A DNA stretch of 64,000 bases, taken from the NCBI GenBank assembly GCA_002269645.1, contig NIVC01001184.1, positions 248,001-312,000 on the forward strand, written 5' to 3'. A model generated the notes under the pieces. It was not told where the DNA came from. It searched no databases and saw only the letters and a list, made by a program, of their open reading frames with translations. Position numbers and translations under genes: made by a program. This stretch comes from Macrostomum lignano (Eukaryota). Of this stretch, positions 1 through 15,439 are shown piece after piece (position 1 is the first letter of the stretch; each line of letters opens with the position of its first letter).

Positions 1-495
1 GAATCTAGGGACTCAAAGAAATAATATGCAGAATTCAGGGACTCAAAGACACAATATGTGGAATTCAGGGAGTCAAAGAAACAATATTGAGAATCCAGGG
101 ACTTAAAGAAACAATATGTGGAATCCAGGGACTTAAAGAAACAATATGGAGACTCCAGGGACTTAAATCCTGGGACTCAAAGAAACAATATGGGGAATCC
201 AGGGACTCAAAGATACAATATTGGGAATTTAGGGACTCAAAGACAATATTGGGAATCCAGGGACTCAAAGACACACTAAGGGAAAATCAGGGACTCAAAG
301 ACACACTATGGGAAATTTAGGGACTCAACGAAACAACATGAGGAATTCAGGGACTCAAAGACACAATATGTGGAATCCAAGGACTCAAAGACACAATATG
401 TGGAATTCAGGGACTCAAAGACACAATATGAGGAATCCAAGGACTCAACGACACAATATGTGGAATCCAGGGACACAAAGATACAATATGGGAAA
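1..495. repeat. ~30-bp minisatellite (GAATCCAGGGACTCAAAGACACAATATGTG), ~16 copies, inside the intron of the minus-strand gene
   Basis: Unit visibly repeated with substitutions; short ORFs here are repeat artefacts. Confidence 0.9.
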
Positions 496-575
496 ATCGG
501 AGACGAATTCTCTGAGAATCCAACAACCCTGAGATTTTCAGCAGCATCCATAAACGCAATAAATTAGTCACTCAC

Positions 576-1958
576 CCGCTTGAGTTGGCTGAGATTTTCC
601 AAGAAACCAATAGCCAATTTGCTAGCGGAAGACTGTCGCTGCAAGGAAGAGCCTGCATCAGCGGACGCGGCCACCTGCTGCTGTCTAGATGCTCTCGGTG
701 GTAGCCGAGGCGGCAATCGCTGTTGCGGCAAAGCCGACGCAGGCGCAGCCGGAGTCGCCGCCGGCCTGGTTACTATGGCAACGCCAGAATTTCCACCCGA
801 ACCAGCAGCAGAAGAAGCTAAGGAGGCCGCGGCGGCGGCTGACAACGGCACGGGCCGGTGCAGCGGCGGCGCCGTCAACAGTTGGAAAGCTGAAGGCGGC
901 GTGGACGAACCGGCAGACGACGAGTTGGACCGAGGAGGCGGCGGGCGTTGAAGCAGGTGCACGGGACTGAGACCGGTACGCCGTAGCGGACTTGGCGGAT
1001 CCGGTGTCTCCGTCTGGAAGCTCCTGTGCTGCTGCTGCTGCTGCTGGCGACGTCGCTGACGGTGGGACGGTGGCAACGGTGGAGGCGAGGGCGGGAGAGG
1101 TGGCAGCGGCTCCGAAGGCGGAGGTGGAAGCAGCCGAGACGTCTGCTGTTGCTGCTGCTGCTGCGAAGGCATCGGCGGAGGCGGCGACGGAGGCAGCTTA
1201 CACGCTGCTTGCCGATGCCCATCAGTGAGTGCAGAAGCTTTGTCGCTGATCGGATCAACAGATGATGACGAGGATTCATTCTGCCGGCGAAACAGATTCT
1301 TCAATTTCGCCCGAAACCCGCCGCCACCGCCTCCGGGAGGCTTCGACTTGGCAGCGGACGCCGTTAGCAAGGATTTCTCTGACGATGGGGCCAGAGAGTT
1401 GGACAGCTGATGCGGACTCGGCGCCGGGCCCTGCGACACGCTGCGGCGCCTGCCGCCGAAACCGGCCAGCCATTGTCGCCGGCGCCGTTTAGCCTGTTGG
1501 CCAGACTGCACTAATTGGCACGCTGTCAAAGGCCGGCAAGGCGGTATGTGGTTCACTGGGCTGTAGTTGCGGCGAGACTTATCGTTTGCTGCGGCCACGG
1601 CGGTGGCGGCAGCTGCGGCCGCTGCTGCTGCGGCGGCGGCTGCTTCAGCTGAATCGGCGGGACAAAGCGGAGGGTGCAGCGGACAGGAGGCGGCCCGAGG
1701 CTGCGCCGGTTGCTGCGTCGGCGCGGGCTGATGCGACGCCTGGCGCGGATGCCGGCGCAACAGCAGGCTGGCGGCTGTGGAGCGCGCCGGGACAGGGGGC
1801 GGTGGAGGGGTGGGCGGCCGGGGCTGCGGCTGCAGACTGTACTGATGCTGGTGGTGCCGCATGGTGGCATCAGTATTGGGGAAGGTGGCGGCGGCGGCGG
1901 CTGCTGCTGCGGTTGACTGCATTAGCGAGCCGGGCCTGTGCCTAGTGCTGTCAATCAT
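576..1958 (-). CDS. First coding exon of a Pro/Ala/Gln-rich protein, possibly SOCS6/7-like; gene continues beyond the window start
   Basis: GC-rich 461-codon frame from ATG 1958 ending at phase-0 donor CGG|GTGAGT (575). FRAKLKNLFRR and terminal FLENLSQLKR resemble the SOCS7 N-terminal motif and the helix before the SH2 GWYWG; SH2 itself is not in the window. Confidence 0.7.
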
Positions 1959-4325
1959 GCACGCGTTGCCATGCAAAAAACGGCAACAATAAATGCAGAA
2001 ATTTATAAATTTGTACAGCACCAGATTTCATTGAATCAATAATTTCACAAGTTGTTGAGACTCTTGTAGGATTTCAAGGCTTCTATCAATTATCAAATTT
2101 GAGTACTCTATAAACATGAAGTCTGTAGACTTTTACAAGTTCTTAAGTCAATTTTATTCAAAACTAAGTTGAATACAAATTCCAGACTCAATTTTTAAGA
2201 CTCAACTTTATGACTATGATTAGAACATATTATATAAATCAAAGTTTTTTTATAAACTATGTCCTTAAATTCTTAAATTTACAATGTATACTAGAAATTC
2301 TGGCCTATAGACCATTTCTAAGACTAACAGGCTAGCATAGTGCGATGACATACAGAATAAAAAACTGCTGGAATGGTATATAAACATTTCAAAAAGTGTC
2401 TATGAGTATTATCTAGTGCATCATGAAAAAAGTTTCTGGTATAGCAAGGAGCACCTAAAATGTGTAGGTGTCTAATGCACATCTATAGGTTTTCTAAAAG
2501 CTCTTGGTGCATATCCATAGGTTTTTTAATGAAAATATTTGAATGCTAAAATATTCTAATATTCTAAAAAGCTTGGGTTTATAGTGCTATACTAAATACT
2601 TTTTAAATTTATTATTATATTGTCATTGTTTACTATATATCATTGCATATTACAAATTGTACTAATGTAATTTTAGTACAATTTATTAATGAGAAAAAAA
2701 TAAATAAACTATAGAATAGCTTTAAAAATGCAAAAGTCTTCAAATAGAACTCTTAGCAAGCATTTGCATTCAGCATAATCATTGATTATACAAAATAATT
2801 ACTGCATTTTCTAGCATCTATGATCTAGTATAATCTAGACTAGCTACTTAAGTATAGTATTAATTCTTAATACTTGGTTAATATTAAATTGAAGGTTAAA
2901 ACATAAGATTTCAATAAGATTTTAAACATTTTAAAAATATTTTTTTAATAATTTTTTTATTATTTTTATAAATCTTACTTTTTTAAATAAAAAGATCTAG
3001 CCTACTTTATTTTTGAAAGTTGATCAAAAGTTTTGTAAGTTTTCTAAATTCTTTATCTTAAATTTCAATACTTTTAGCAGATGATTCTTTTATGTTCCCC
3101 TGCCCCTATAAATTTCAAATTTTCATTTTTTCAGCTGAAAATGATTTTTTCAAGTAAATTTAATGTGAAATTTATACCTTAAAATTGCTTATGCTTAATT
3201 GGATAGCTATATTAATTCTTTTAAAAAGTTAGCATAAACTTATACAATCAACTTTTTTACTTTAGCATGAAACCCAAATTGAAAGGGAATAAAATTATTC
3301 AATCCATAGTTCAACATATAGAAAAATAACATGCAGTACTGGCAATGCACCCAACATAATTTAAGAATAACGTACCTAGCTTCCACTATTGAGGACAATG
3401 TCAATGAAGGTAATATCCAACTAGGCCAGGCTGCCCACACTTATGAACCACAACTGTAGGTCACAATAAAGGTATGAAGCCTACTCAGTCGGTATAGATT
3501 ACCAATTGGACTTGTGAAGCCTCACAACCTTAACTACCTATTGACCTCCCATTTGAGATGGCATTAGAGTGATTAGACCAAATTCCTTAAGGATTTCTAT
3601 CTAACAACATCTATATTAATTTAAGAATAATAGCCAAGCATCAGCCCTATCTCCATAGTTTGGAACATCCTGAATATATACCAGACTAAAATCTAGCACA
3701 ATTTATTTGGTAAACTAGTGTATGCCAATTTTTTCTAACCCTGAAAAATTGTAATCTTTTAAAAAAATGAGGCTCATTATGAGCTTTGTTTTTGGTGACG
3801 CAGTGTACCGAATGACTTTTTTTTGCTAATATTCTTTATAGCAAAAAGTTAATATATGCCAAGATTTCTTTAATTCTTTCAAAATAACTACTTTCCATTT
3901 AAATTTACTTTTATTACATAATTTGATTCTGCAACTGCAGAAACATGTAGACCAATTTTTCACTATACATTTTATATTCCAGATTTCAAAAAAAATTGTA
4001 TACCAAGTGTATGCCAAAAGTCATAAGTGTATGCTGGATTAATCCAGTATATCATCTTTCTTTCAGACTATGGTCCCACCTCTTATTGTTCATCTTTAAT
4101 TAGCTCAATATTCTTGCATTACATAAAATATGGTTCTTAGATAGGACTTTTGATATTATCAATATGCTATTCAAGTAACTATACTCTATTCATTATTATA
4201 TCCAACAAGGTATAACTATAAAGCAGGTTTTGCTGGCCTTTGCAATAATTTCAGGTAAGTCTTTGCTTAACTATATAGTTATTTTTACTTATTGAGATAG
4301 GGCCTTAGCAAGCAATGAATATAAT

Positions 4326-5313
4326 CCACTTTGGTAACATCCACTTCGGTAACAGCCACTTTGAAAACAAAAAAATGACTACTTTGATAATAGCCACTTT
4401 GGTAATAGCCAGTTTGGTAAAAAAGCAGATTTATGATTATCAACTTTATATCTTTATGGTAATTAATTACCTTTTGCAACAACAAAGGGCTAGGCAGCAT
4501 ATTGAAATTGAAAATTCAAAGTAATTAATAAAAGGAAAAAATAGATTCTATAGTTTTAAGTTGTTAACTTAGATAATCTAATGTGCATCATATTTAATCA
4601 GTTATACCAAGATGGAATTTTTGTACAAAATCCTAGATGTATTTCGTGCACATTAACAAAAACTTGTGCACTTGTGCGCATATTTCTAGCAAACTTGTGC
4701 AACTTTAAAAGGTTTATATGCGTGCAACTTATTGTTCTAAGAAATATTGCATAACTAATAACTTCAAAAAAAATTTAAATATTGCACTTGTTGCAGTAAA
4801 ACAAAGTTATTCCATATTTAAAAACAAAGCCTCTGCAAACTACATTAAACTCAAAAGAAAATTATAAAATTTATTTTAACTTTAACAAAACATTGTAAAA
4901 AAGTTGCTTAAAAATTCAAGTGCCAAAGAACTTGCATGGTTTTGGTTCCAAAATTATCATGCAAAGATTCCATCTTGGCAGTTACAAGATGTCTTAGTGC
5001 ATGTATCTAAGGTAAGATATAAGGTCTAAGGTAAGGTATTTTAATCTGGAAATTAAAATAGATTGGTAAAAAAACTTTTAAACAAGTTAAACATATGTAC
5101 TATGTAGATGAACATTCTCTCAAAGTGTATGAGAATATATCTTAATTATTTTTGTTGTTCTTCTTTTAAAGTTCATAGTTGCATTCTTTTGAAACATATC
5201 AATTATTATATACATGTACTTATTATTCTAATTTTTTACCATAGTGGCCATTACCAAAGTGGTCATTTTTTGTTACTAAACCAAAGTGGCTATTACTAAA
5301 GTTGACTATTACC
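4326..5313. repeat. Degenerate inverted repeat pair (4326-4420 / 5236-5313) built of CCACTTTGGTAA subrepeats; possible old MITE
   Basis: Reverse complement of the right arm aligns with the left arm; no TSD found. Confidence 0.45.
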
Positions 5314-8037
5314 TTAGCAATCTAATCACAGAGGTCTACCTTCTAGACTTTGAAGCTGCAGCTTGGTAGGCTACCAGCCTACCATACTCCCAAAGATGCT
5401 GTTTTGTGGGGAAAATTCTTGTGTGCAACAAGGTCCTAGGCAGCCATGTGCGGCCTGCACGGCGTGCAGCCAAGAGGCGGAAATTATTTTGGCATACGCC
5501 GCGCAAATATTTTATTCATTCCACATTTTTGGTAATGACAATTTTTTTATTTTAAATTGAATGTCTCACGATAATAACACAATGTGCATAACGAGAGGTC
5601 TTTTTGTGTATCTACAATAAGGAAAACAACTTTTGTGTGATGCAATACAATTTTCAGGCATTAGGCCTATAAAATAGTATATAATAAATACAAACTATAG
5701 TATTTTGTTTAAGTATTTCTTTTTTTATTTTTATTTGAAAGTGTGTCTTGCATTAATTATTCAATGCAAAGCTTACCGCTTACATAGATAGATCGGTAGA
5801 TCTAGATCCCTTATTGCCACTTACCTGTGCTGTCCTAGTTTACTATGGATAGTTTCTTTTCTTTATTTGGATTTTAAATCTCTCGTTAAAAATTTAAAAC
5901 TAAAAAATCTAAAATTCAAATTTAAAAATTTAAAAAGTCATTTAGCTTGGCGTGCATGGGGTATATATGTGATTTGACCTTCTGCGTGCAGCGTGCAAGG
6001 GCAAAAATTATTTTCCCGTGCATTAAGCATACTCAGGACTATGGATAGGCTATCTCTTTCACTGCATCAAAGCTATTTTTTACCAAGTATAACAGCAAGT
6101 CCTACAGGCTATAGCACTATAGCAAGGATATCTGGTGGACTCAGGCAATTGCAACTTTATTTGGATGCTTATGGCCCTGCCCTGCCTGCCAGTGGAGCAT
6201 ATGAATGACATTATCTTACCTAACCTAAATGAAATATATGTTTATAATGACATAGGAATTTATTTCTTACCTAGGCTAGGCCGCCTAGGCATAGTCCCAA
6301 CTAATTGGCACTAAACTAAAGACAAAATAGGCCTATACAGGCTAGGCCTAGGCCTATAATAGTATAAATTTGAGGTAAGATTTCAATTAAGATGAGATTA
6401 CAAAATCACTATATACCGCTTACATTAGGCTTAGGCCCACTTACTAAAAATGGCCTATCTTTTTTTTATTAGGGCCTATTACTATTAGGCCCCTAAGTAT
6501 TATTATTAATATAGGTCTAATAAAAAATAAATTTAGAAACGAAATTTTCAAAGATTAATTCTCGGGAGTTGTTCTAATTTTGATTCTGGGAGTAGCCATA
6601 TTAAAAAATTATCGAAAATAACAAAACAAACGCTATTCCGTCGTTTGCTCTGCAGCTAAATTGTAAAGTCAGGTGTAGGCCTGATGAAAGCGAATATTGC
6701 ATAAAAATAAGACAATTTTTTGACTTAAAAAAGTTCTTGTAAAGCTTACAAGATAAAACAAATTTTTAAACTGTCTAAGCGAACTTCACTTCACTTCTTA
6801 TTTTGCACATTTGTAATTAGCAGTTAATGCACTGCCACTAGTGGTATGTTTTTTTATTTTTGACAAATATCGTCGTCGTCACTATTTACGATAATTAAAA
6901 CCTATACGTGATCAAAAAAATTCTAGTTCGAAACCCGACAAGCAAGACAAAAGGCAAAGGCAAAAAGCAAAAGGAGCAGCAGAAACTTATTTGTAAAATA
7001 CAGTAAAGTGCATGCTAAAACATCTCTTTTTTAAATCCATGGCTTACAACGCACAGGAAAAAATAGATATAAATCTCTAATTCTTAGAGTTCAAGCAAGG
7101 ACTACTAGACAAAATTCCAGTGGTCTTGTGTTATTTGTTTATAATAATCATGAAATTAAAATTCCGCATTGAAATCAGACACTCAGCCTAAATAGAAAAA
7201 AAACCATTAGACGTTCAGATACATTTAATGCTTCTATTATTTTTAGTATCGTACGAGCTACTTTTCGAGAGTTTCAGTTTTCGCACTTTTTGCACCTTAA
7301 CGATAATGAGACATAACTCGTACAATCTTTGATAGAAAGACTGAAAATTGATTACAAAGCCAATCTTCTCCAGCAACTTTCAAGAGAATTTTCCTTCAAC
7401 ACTCGTTGCCGTGGACTTTGGCCAGAGATTCGGCAACGGCCGGGTTGCGATAAAAGTGCAGCTATCATGCCTGCTGAACTGCTCCCTATGAAATCGATGG
7501 CTTATGTAAAACGACTGATCATTTCTTATTTCCAGGTTGCGCTAATCTTATTGTCTACTTTCAGCATGGAAAGTCTGTCAACTGTGCCAGAATAAGTCCG
7601 CACGATAATAACGTACGTAATATCCAAGTCAGTACAAGATTTAAACAGATTGCTACAATTTTATTAATGCGTTGAAATAGTATCTCGCAATTAAAGTACA
7701 TTATACATTTACACAAAAAATCCGATGCACTTTTGCAAGTAAATTCGTAAGACTTGAAACGAAACCGAGATGTTCCAATGTACTTTAGTTGCTATAATCG
7801 AAAATTTTCTATACATGTTAATTTATCCATATGAAATGTAAAACAACATTGGTCCTACTACAGGCATTGATAAAATGTTTTCTTTAATCAATAGACTAAG
7901 TTAAAGTTGACGTTGAACACATACTCTGAAAATTATATCGACAAGTCATTTTTATTGATATACTACGCTTTTAAGTAAATGCTTCACTTTAAAATAAATA
8001 GAAATGTAATAATCAGTATATATTAAATTTTAAATAA

Positions 8038-8855
<818 letters not shown>

Positions 8856-9381
8856 TGACTTTAGAAATATGGCCATAAAATATAACAGTTGGTCACCGAA
8901 AATACCGCACAGAAGTACAAAACAAGTTATGTTGCCTGCCGCTTGCTTGTGGAAGCAATTTCGAATGTAATGCAGCATTGAATTGAAAATGAATTCAGTG
9001 ATAGACAGCTCTTTGATCTGCACTCTTTGGACTTTGAACGAAGATTCACTCTTTGTGAGCACGACTGAGTACTCAGGTTGTCAAATCGCTCAATGCGCCA
9101 TCGTGAGCGACAGTAGTGCAGCAATGTCAGAGGGGTAAGCAATTGTTTCTTAGAAAGCTGCTGAATCGATTTCTTGACGACAGGCTTGCCAGTTTATTGA
9201 CGTTTACAGTCTGCAAGTGAATGCAAGGCACGCTGGTATTGATCACCATAGGTACCAGGCTGAAACATTTAACTGTCTACTTAGTTGCGAGTATCTATAG
9301 ACCATTGAAGCGCTGCAGATAATGCATTGTAGAGAAAGGACAAATGCAATTTCTGTCTCAACCTGCCTGTCTGTGTCTGTC

Positions 9382-9639
<258 letters not shown>

Positions 9640-10266
9640 TTCTGTTTACTCTCCCAGCTAGAGCAGTCTACAGCGGCTCCTGATAGGCCAGCCCAACACT
9701 GAGCAATCGGCCCTGCTAATCAGCAATTAATAATCCAATTGTAAGCTTCTGACTACAAACTATGCTGCTATGCTCATAGAGACTGCAGGAAGGGGAAGTG
9801 CAGCGAGAGCCGCAGGCCACTCCCAGCAACGGGAGCGGCCCACCCAGCGTCCCAGTAACTACTGGCCTATAAGCTGCAGCCTTGGCCACCCCATCAAGCG
9901 TCCCCATTGCCGAACTAAATAAATTATATCCCACAGCACCCGTCCCGCACTCCCAATGCCAAGCCTATAGGGAGCTTCTCTCTCAGCATCATCGACTGGG
10001 CCACCAAATTCCATTCTATTCTCCTCTCTCTCACTCTCCCAGTCTAGCCCCAGCCACCTGCTCCCCTATTGTTCTTCACTCACCGTCCATCTATTTAAAA
10101 ACACCAGTTTTGTCGCACAAGCATACAAATTGTATTGTAAGCATCTTAGCGCTTTTATACAGGCACCGGTCCGTACTATAGGAGTCCTATACTACACTTT
10201 TAGTCTTTTCTTTTTAAGATTAGCACTTTTATAATATAATCGTAATTCTTAGAAAGTCAGTTTAAA

Positions 10267-10422
10267 ATGCGACTTTATCGAGCGGTGCTGACTGCTGTGC
10301 TGGTGCTGGCAGGGGTGCACATTGCCTTGGGCTCGCTATCCATTGTGCTGGGCACAATATCTTCTATTCAAGCTGTGATTTGGATGGCCCATCGCGTGTC
10401 TCCGATCTGGTCTGGCGGATTT
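10267..10422 (+). CDS. TMEM196/MS4A(CD20)-like four-TM protein, exon 1 of 3 (188 aa total)
   Basis: ATG 10267; MRLYRAVLTAVLVLAGVHIALGSLSIVLG...SPIWSGGF; donor GTGAGT at 10423, phase 0; SPxWSG is typical of the TMEM196/MS4A family. Confidence 0.8.
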
Positions 10423-10574
10423 GTGAGTCTTTAATTGTGACTATTGATGCCGGGATCATCGTTTTGATTGACAGGTGCGATTGGGAAAATAGCTTATGGA
10501 AGCTAAGATAGGGACACTGAGATTGGAGCGGCATTGGAGAGATAAGGAGAGAGTGGCATTGTAGAGAGGAGGAA

Positions 10575-10875
10575 AAGATTTTAGTAAGGAGGGTGAGATT
10601 TTAGTAAGGAGAGCGAGATTGTAGGTAAAGGAGAGTGAGATTGTAGGTAAAGGAGAGCGAGATTGTAGGTAAAGGAGAGTGAGATTGTAGGTAAAGGAGA
10701 GCGAGATTGTACATGTAGGTAAAGGAGAGTGAGATTGTAGGTAAAGGAAAGCGAGATTGTAGGTAAAGGAGAGCGAGATTGTAGGTTAAGGAGAGCGAGA
10801 TTGTAGGTAAAGGAAAGCGAGATTGTAGGTAAAGGAGAGTGAGATTGTAGGGAAAAATAGAGTGAAATTGTAGGG
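10575..10875. repeat. 22-bp minisatellite (GTAGGTAAAGGAGAGCGAGATT), intronic
   Basis: Direct tandem pattern. Confidence 0.9.
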
Positions 10876-11477
10876 AGAAGGAGAGTGGGATTGTTGGAAG
10901 AACAGTAAGATTGCAGTGAGAAGGAGAGCAAGTTTTGTGCGAGATGGTGTGAGCAGTGGACGCTGAACTAGGTTAAAATTACTCGTAGCAATGGAAAAGT
11001 GCAAAGAGTAAGATTGGATACATTCACTAATGAGCATAGAAGCGGATATCTGATACTGTCATACTGCCTGCAATTCAATGATTGCAGAGAGCAGTGGTGC
11101 AGAACCATCAGTAGCTTAGTTAACGCAGCTAAATTATTCCATCAATGTGTCAGAAAATTAGGTTACAGTTTCACAAAGCTATATACTTAATGGGCAAATG
11201 CAGGTCTGACCTCAATTCGAAATTGACATGGAATACACGCATCTACAGCTGCAGATCAAAGTAAAATTGGATTACTCCTGGAGAAAAGAATTCACCGAAC
11301 CAAGCCCAAACTTTTCTTATTCCTAACGAAATCAATTCTGTTCTCTCTCTGTGCGTGAGTTTGTGTGAGTTATAGAAGCTATAAAAAGGCCAGATTCGCT
11401 GTCTGATGAAGCTTATTTATGCTTGTGTCTGAGGTGACTGCTGCACTTTTGCACATTACTAATACTGTGTATAAGAG

Positions 11478-11912
11478 TGTAGGATTGCCGCTCCAAATAA
11501 CTGTAGGATTGCAGCTCCAAATACTGTAGGATTGCAGCTCCAAATACTGTAGGATTGCAGCTCCAAATACTGTAGGATTGCAGCTCCAAATACTGTATGA
11601 TTGCAGCTCCAAATAACTGTAGGATTGCAGCTCCAAATACTGTAGGATTGCAGCTCCAAATACTGTAGGATTGCAGCTCCAAATACTGTAGGATTGCAGC
11701 TCCAAATACTGTAGGATTGCAGCTCCAAATACTGTATGATTGCAGCTCCAAATACTGTATGATTGCAGCTCCAAATACTGTAGGATTGCAGCTCCAAATA
11801 CTGTAGGATTGCAGCTCCAAATACTGTAGGATTGCAGCTCCAAATACTGTATGATTGCAGCTCCAAATACTGTAGGATTGCAGCTCCAAATACTGTATGA
11901 TTGCAGCTCCAA
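11478..11912. repeat. 23-bp minisatellite (GTAGGATTGCAGCTCCAAATACT), intronic
   Basis: Direct tandem pattern, ~18 copies. Confidence 0.95.
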
Positions 11913-12115
11913 ATCATGTACTAGATGACCCTGTAGCAAACATGTAGAGTCAATGATAATTTCATGCCAAGCAGTAATTTAAAGCAGAATTGATTCGATT
12001 ATTACGAGCCTCGTAAAACAAGAACAGGATTGATTTAATTAATTTATTGAGGCATCGCTTGCTTGGCTTTAAAAACATTTTCAGTCTGACAAATTTGTAC
12101 TTTTAATACCCGCAG

Positions 12116-12172
12116 TTCCTGGTCACTGGCACGATTGGTGTGGTCTGCGTTAAAAGGCAAACTGTCTATATT
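12116..12172 (+). CDS. TMEM196-like exon 2 (FLVTGTIGVVCVKRQTVYI)
   Basis: CAG acceptor at 12115, GTGAGT donor at 12173, 57 nt phase 0/0. Confidence 0.8.
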
Positions 12173-12308
12173 GTGAGTCCTATTGCTTACTACTTATAGT
12201 AGCTAACTTACTACGTTGATGTCTATTTATTTCTCCACTTTGATCATCAGAGTCGCCACTTTGAGTAACACGAGCTTTAGGCATCAGCTCATCGACATCT
12301 CCCAACAG

Positions 12309-12662
12309 ATCCTCTGCTTCTCAGCCTTCTCCGTCGTGTCTCTCCTGACTGCCGTGATCAGCATCCAGCTGCTGCGGCTCGGCCTGGTGAACCACACCAC
12401 GGACGGCCACACCTACCAGAAGGAGACTCTCGACACCCTGCTGCTCTGCGCCCTGGGAGCCGCTGGCACAGAATGCGTCGTCTGCGTAGTCAGCGGCATC
12501 GTCAGCTGCCGACTGGCCAAGCTGGCCAAGTCCGAGGCCGGCGCCAAGCGGGAGGCTGTGTTCCACGTGGAGGTCTACGGCCAGAAGGACGTGGTGGTGG
12601 TCAGCCGCAGCGGCGTTGATGGCAAAGTGGAGCGGAAGCTGCTTGACGCTAGCGAGCTGTGA
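12309..12662 (+). CDS. TMEM196-like exon 3
   Basis: CAG acceptor at 12308; two hydrophobic helices then SCRLAK; TGA 12660-12662. Confidence 0.85.
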   Translation: MLCFSAFSVVSLLTAVISIQLLRLGLVNHTTDGHTYQKETLDTLLLCALGAAGTECVVCVVSGIVSCRLAKLAKSEAGAKREAVFHVEVYGQKDVVVVSRSGVDGKVERKLLDASEL

Positions 12663-13135
<473 letters not shown>

Positions 13136-13744
13136 GTCTTTCGGTGTGACATCAGCATCAATCATCATCTATACATACTGGCTATGAAACCAGCTAAAGA
13201 TTTTTTTTCAAGGATTCAAATCATGCTCACGTTGAACTCATACAAATAAAGCACAACAAGTTTCAAGTCTTTATATGGAATAATTGTAGTAAAAATAAAT
13301 AGCTTTTGGGTGCAGTTTTTCGACTAAATTGTTAACAAGCTCTACAAAATTCTCAAAAAGAATTAAACTTATGATATATCTATCTACTAAGGAAAGAATA
13401 AGGACTACATGCACAAGATATCGACTGCTCTGAGCCGCAGCGCTGTTGCGGTAATCACGTGACTTTAAATTAAAATGTACATCGGATTAAAAGAGAAAAG
13501 GTGCCTATAATAAAGTGTACGAGTTAGCTTGTATTTACGAGTACACTGTGCCAAATGATTATCAAGGTCCACAATAAAATATTTTATGTAAATAATTGCA
13601 AGAAGCATTCTGTCCATTCTGCTGACTCATGAGTACATGCAAGTGCGCCAATGCTGTTACACAGACACGAACTCATACACAACGCTCACACAGGGTGTAC
13701 TGCTATTGGGGGGGGGGCGGAGTCATCAGGTGACGAATCTACAA

Positions 13745-13860
<116 letters not shown>

Positions 13861-13936
13861 GAGGGGTCAGCGGAATTGGAATGCCCTTAGAAAACAAGCT
13901 AACTAACAAACCCGAGCGCTGGCTGCCTCCCAGAGT

Positions 13937-14440
13937 CTACTGAAGCTCAATAGTCAAGCTCTGTCTTCGCCTTCTTGTTGGTCTGAGCAACAGCAGCTGC
14001 ATTTGCTCTTCGCGAGATTCAGCAGCAGAAGCAGCAGAAGCAGCACTGGGCTCTCTAAACTTAGCTCGCCGATTTTCTGCTGCAGATCTTCGCTGGGATT
14101 TTCGTCTGACCATCAGTTGCGTTGAAAACTGAGCAATAGACAGGAGCAGCAGCAGGGCCAGCAGCAGGTCGCCGCCTCCTCCGGCGCTGTCAATCCAACC
14201 TGCCCGCACCGCTTCCAGAGTTGCTATGGCAACACCGTTCGACAGCCTGGTGAAGGGGAACATGTAGCGAGAGGGCACTCCGGTTGCTTCCTCGGAGGCC
14301 GCGTAGGCGAAGGTGTTGAAGCAGCCGACCCCAATGCCGCAGGCTAGGGAGAAGGGCCACTGCAAGCTGCCGGGGTCGTTAAGTACACCTAGCCAGCCAA
14401 TCAGAGAGCAGAGAACAGTAAGAGAGCCGAGCATGTACAC
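13937..14440 (-). CDS. SLC16/MCT-like MFS transporter, exon 4 of 4 (~529 aa total)
   Basis: CAG acceptor at 14441, phase 0; hydrophobic helices; stop at 13937. Confidence 0.75.
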   Translation of the reverse strand: MYMLGSLTVLCSLIGWLGVLNDPGSLQWPFSLACGIGVGCFNTFAYAASEEATGVPSRYMFPFTRLSNGVAIATLEAVRAGWIDSAGGGGDLLLALLLLLSIAQFSTQLMVRRKSQRRSAAENRRAKFREPSAASAASAAESREEQMQLLLLRPTRRRRQSLTIELQ

Positions 14441-14504
14441 CTGGATGTTTGCAGTTGGTGCTATTTGTCAGATTAATTCTGCTATAATCAACCAATGTGT
14501 AGTC

Positions 14505-14505
<1 letters not shown>

Positions 14506-14593
<88 letters not shown>

Positions 14594-15010
14594 ATCGATC
14601 AGTCAATCAATCGATTAACCAACCAATCAATTAGCAATCAATCAATCAATCGATTAACCAACCAATCAATTAGCAATCAATAAATCAATGGATCGATCAA
14701 TCAATCAATCAAAACCGTTCATCAATCAATCAATTAATTAACCAACCAATCAATTAGCAATCAATCAATCAATCAATCGATCAATCAGTCAATCAATTAA
14801 TTAATTAACCAACCAATCAATTAGCAATCAATCAATCAATCAATCGATCAATCAGTCAATCAATCGATTAACCAACCAATCAATTAGCAATCAATCAATC
14901 AATCGATTAACCAACCAATCAATTAGCAATCAATCAATCAATCAATTAACAAAAAATCAATTAGCAATCAATCAATCAATCAATCAATCAATTAACAAAC
15001 AATCAATCAG
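14506..15010. repeat. (ATCA)n microsatellite grading into a compound repeat, intron 3
   Basis: Direct pattern. Confidence 0.95.
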
Positions 15011-15025
15011 TCAAGGGGCACCCAC

Positions 15026-15319
15026 CGTCAGCAGTTTTCCACCAGCCAGTAAGCCACCGAACGCACCGCCAGCCACAAAAGCCAAGCTGGAACCAGCCGA
15101 AAACGTCAGAGCGGCTGTCAGAGCCTCAGACGAGGACAGCCGCAGGGTGTCATTGTCAGACTGTTGATGAGACAAGGCGACAGGCGGAGGCCGCTGCTGT
15201 ACGGAACTGATGAGGCCAGAGCGAAGAAGCAGAAGCAGGAACAGTCCGTCTGAGATCAGAGCGGCAACTAAGCGTTCGAGCAGCCACAGCAGCACAGTGC
15301 GACTTTTGTCGAACTCCTC
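15026..15319 (-). CDS. SLC16-like transporter exon 3
   Basis: Acceptor CAAG| inferred at 15320 (in-frame stop just upstream), donor ACG|GTGGGT at 15025; 98 codons; AGGAFGGLLAG helix. Confidence 0.65.
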
Positions 15320-15439
15320 CTTGAGTTTGAGTACAATGAGTCATGGATGCTCAATTCAAGTTATTTGTGGGAGGAGGATCTAATGCCAATGTGATTCAGA
15401 TTTTCATTTCGACTGGGATTTCAAATAGACTGTCAAATA

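Noticed and set aside
580-1945. Multiple + strand ORFs overlapping the Pro-rich exon
   Set aside because: Antisense shadows of GC-rich low-complexity coding sequence
7329-7595. 88-aa ORF, and the coding-looking stretch at 8890-9135
   Set aside because: No recognisable motif; the latter has in-frame stops; may be UTR exons
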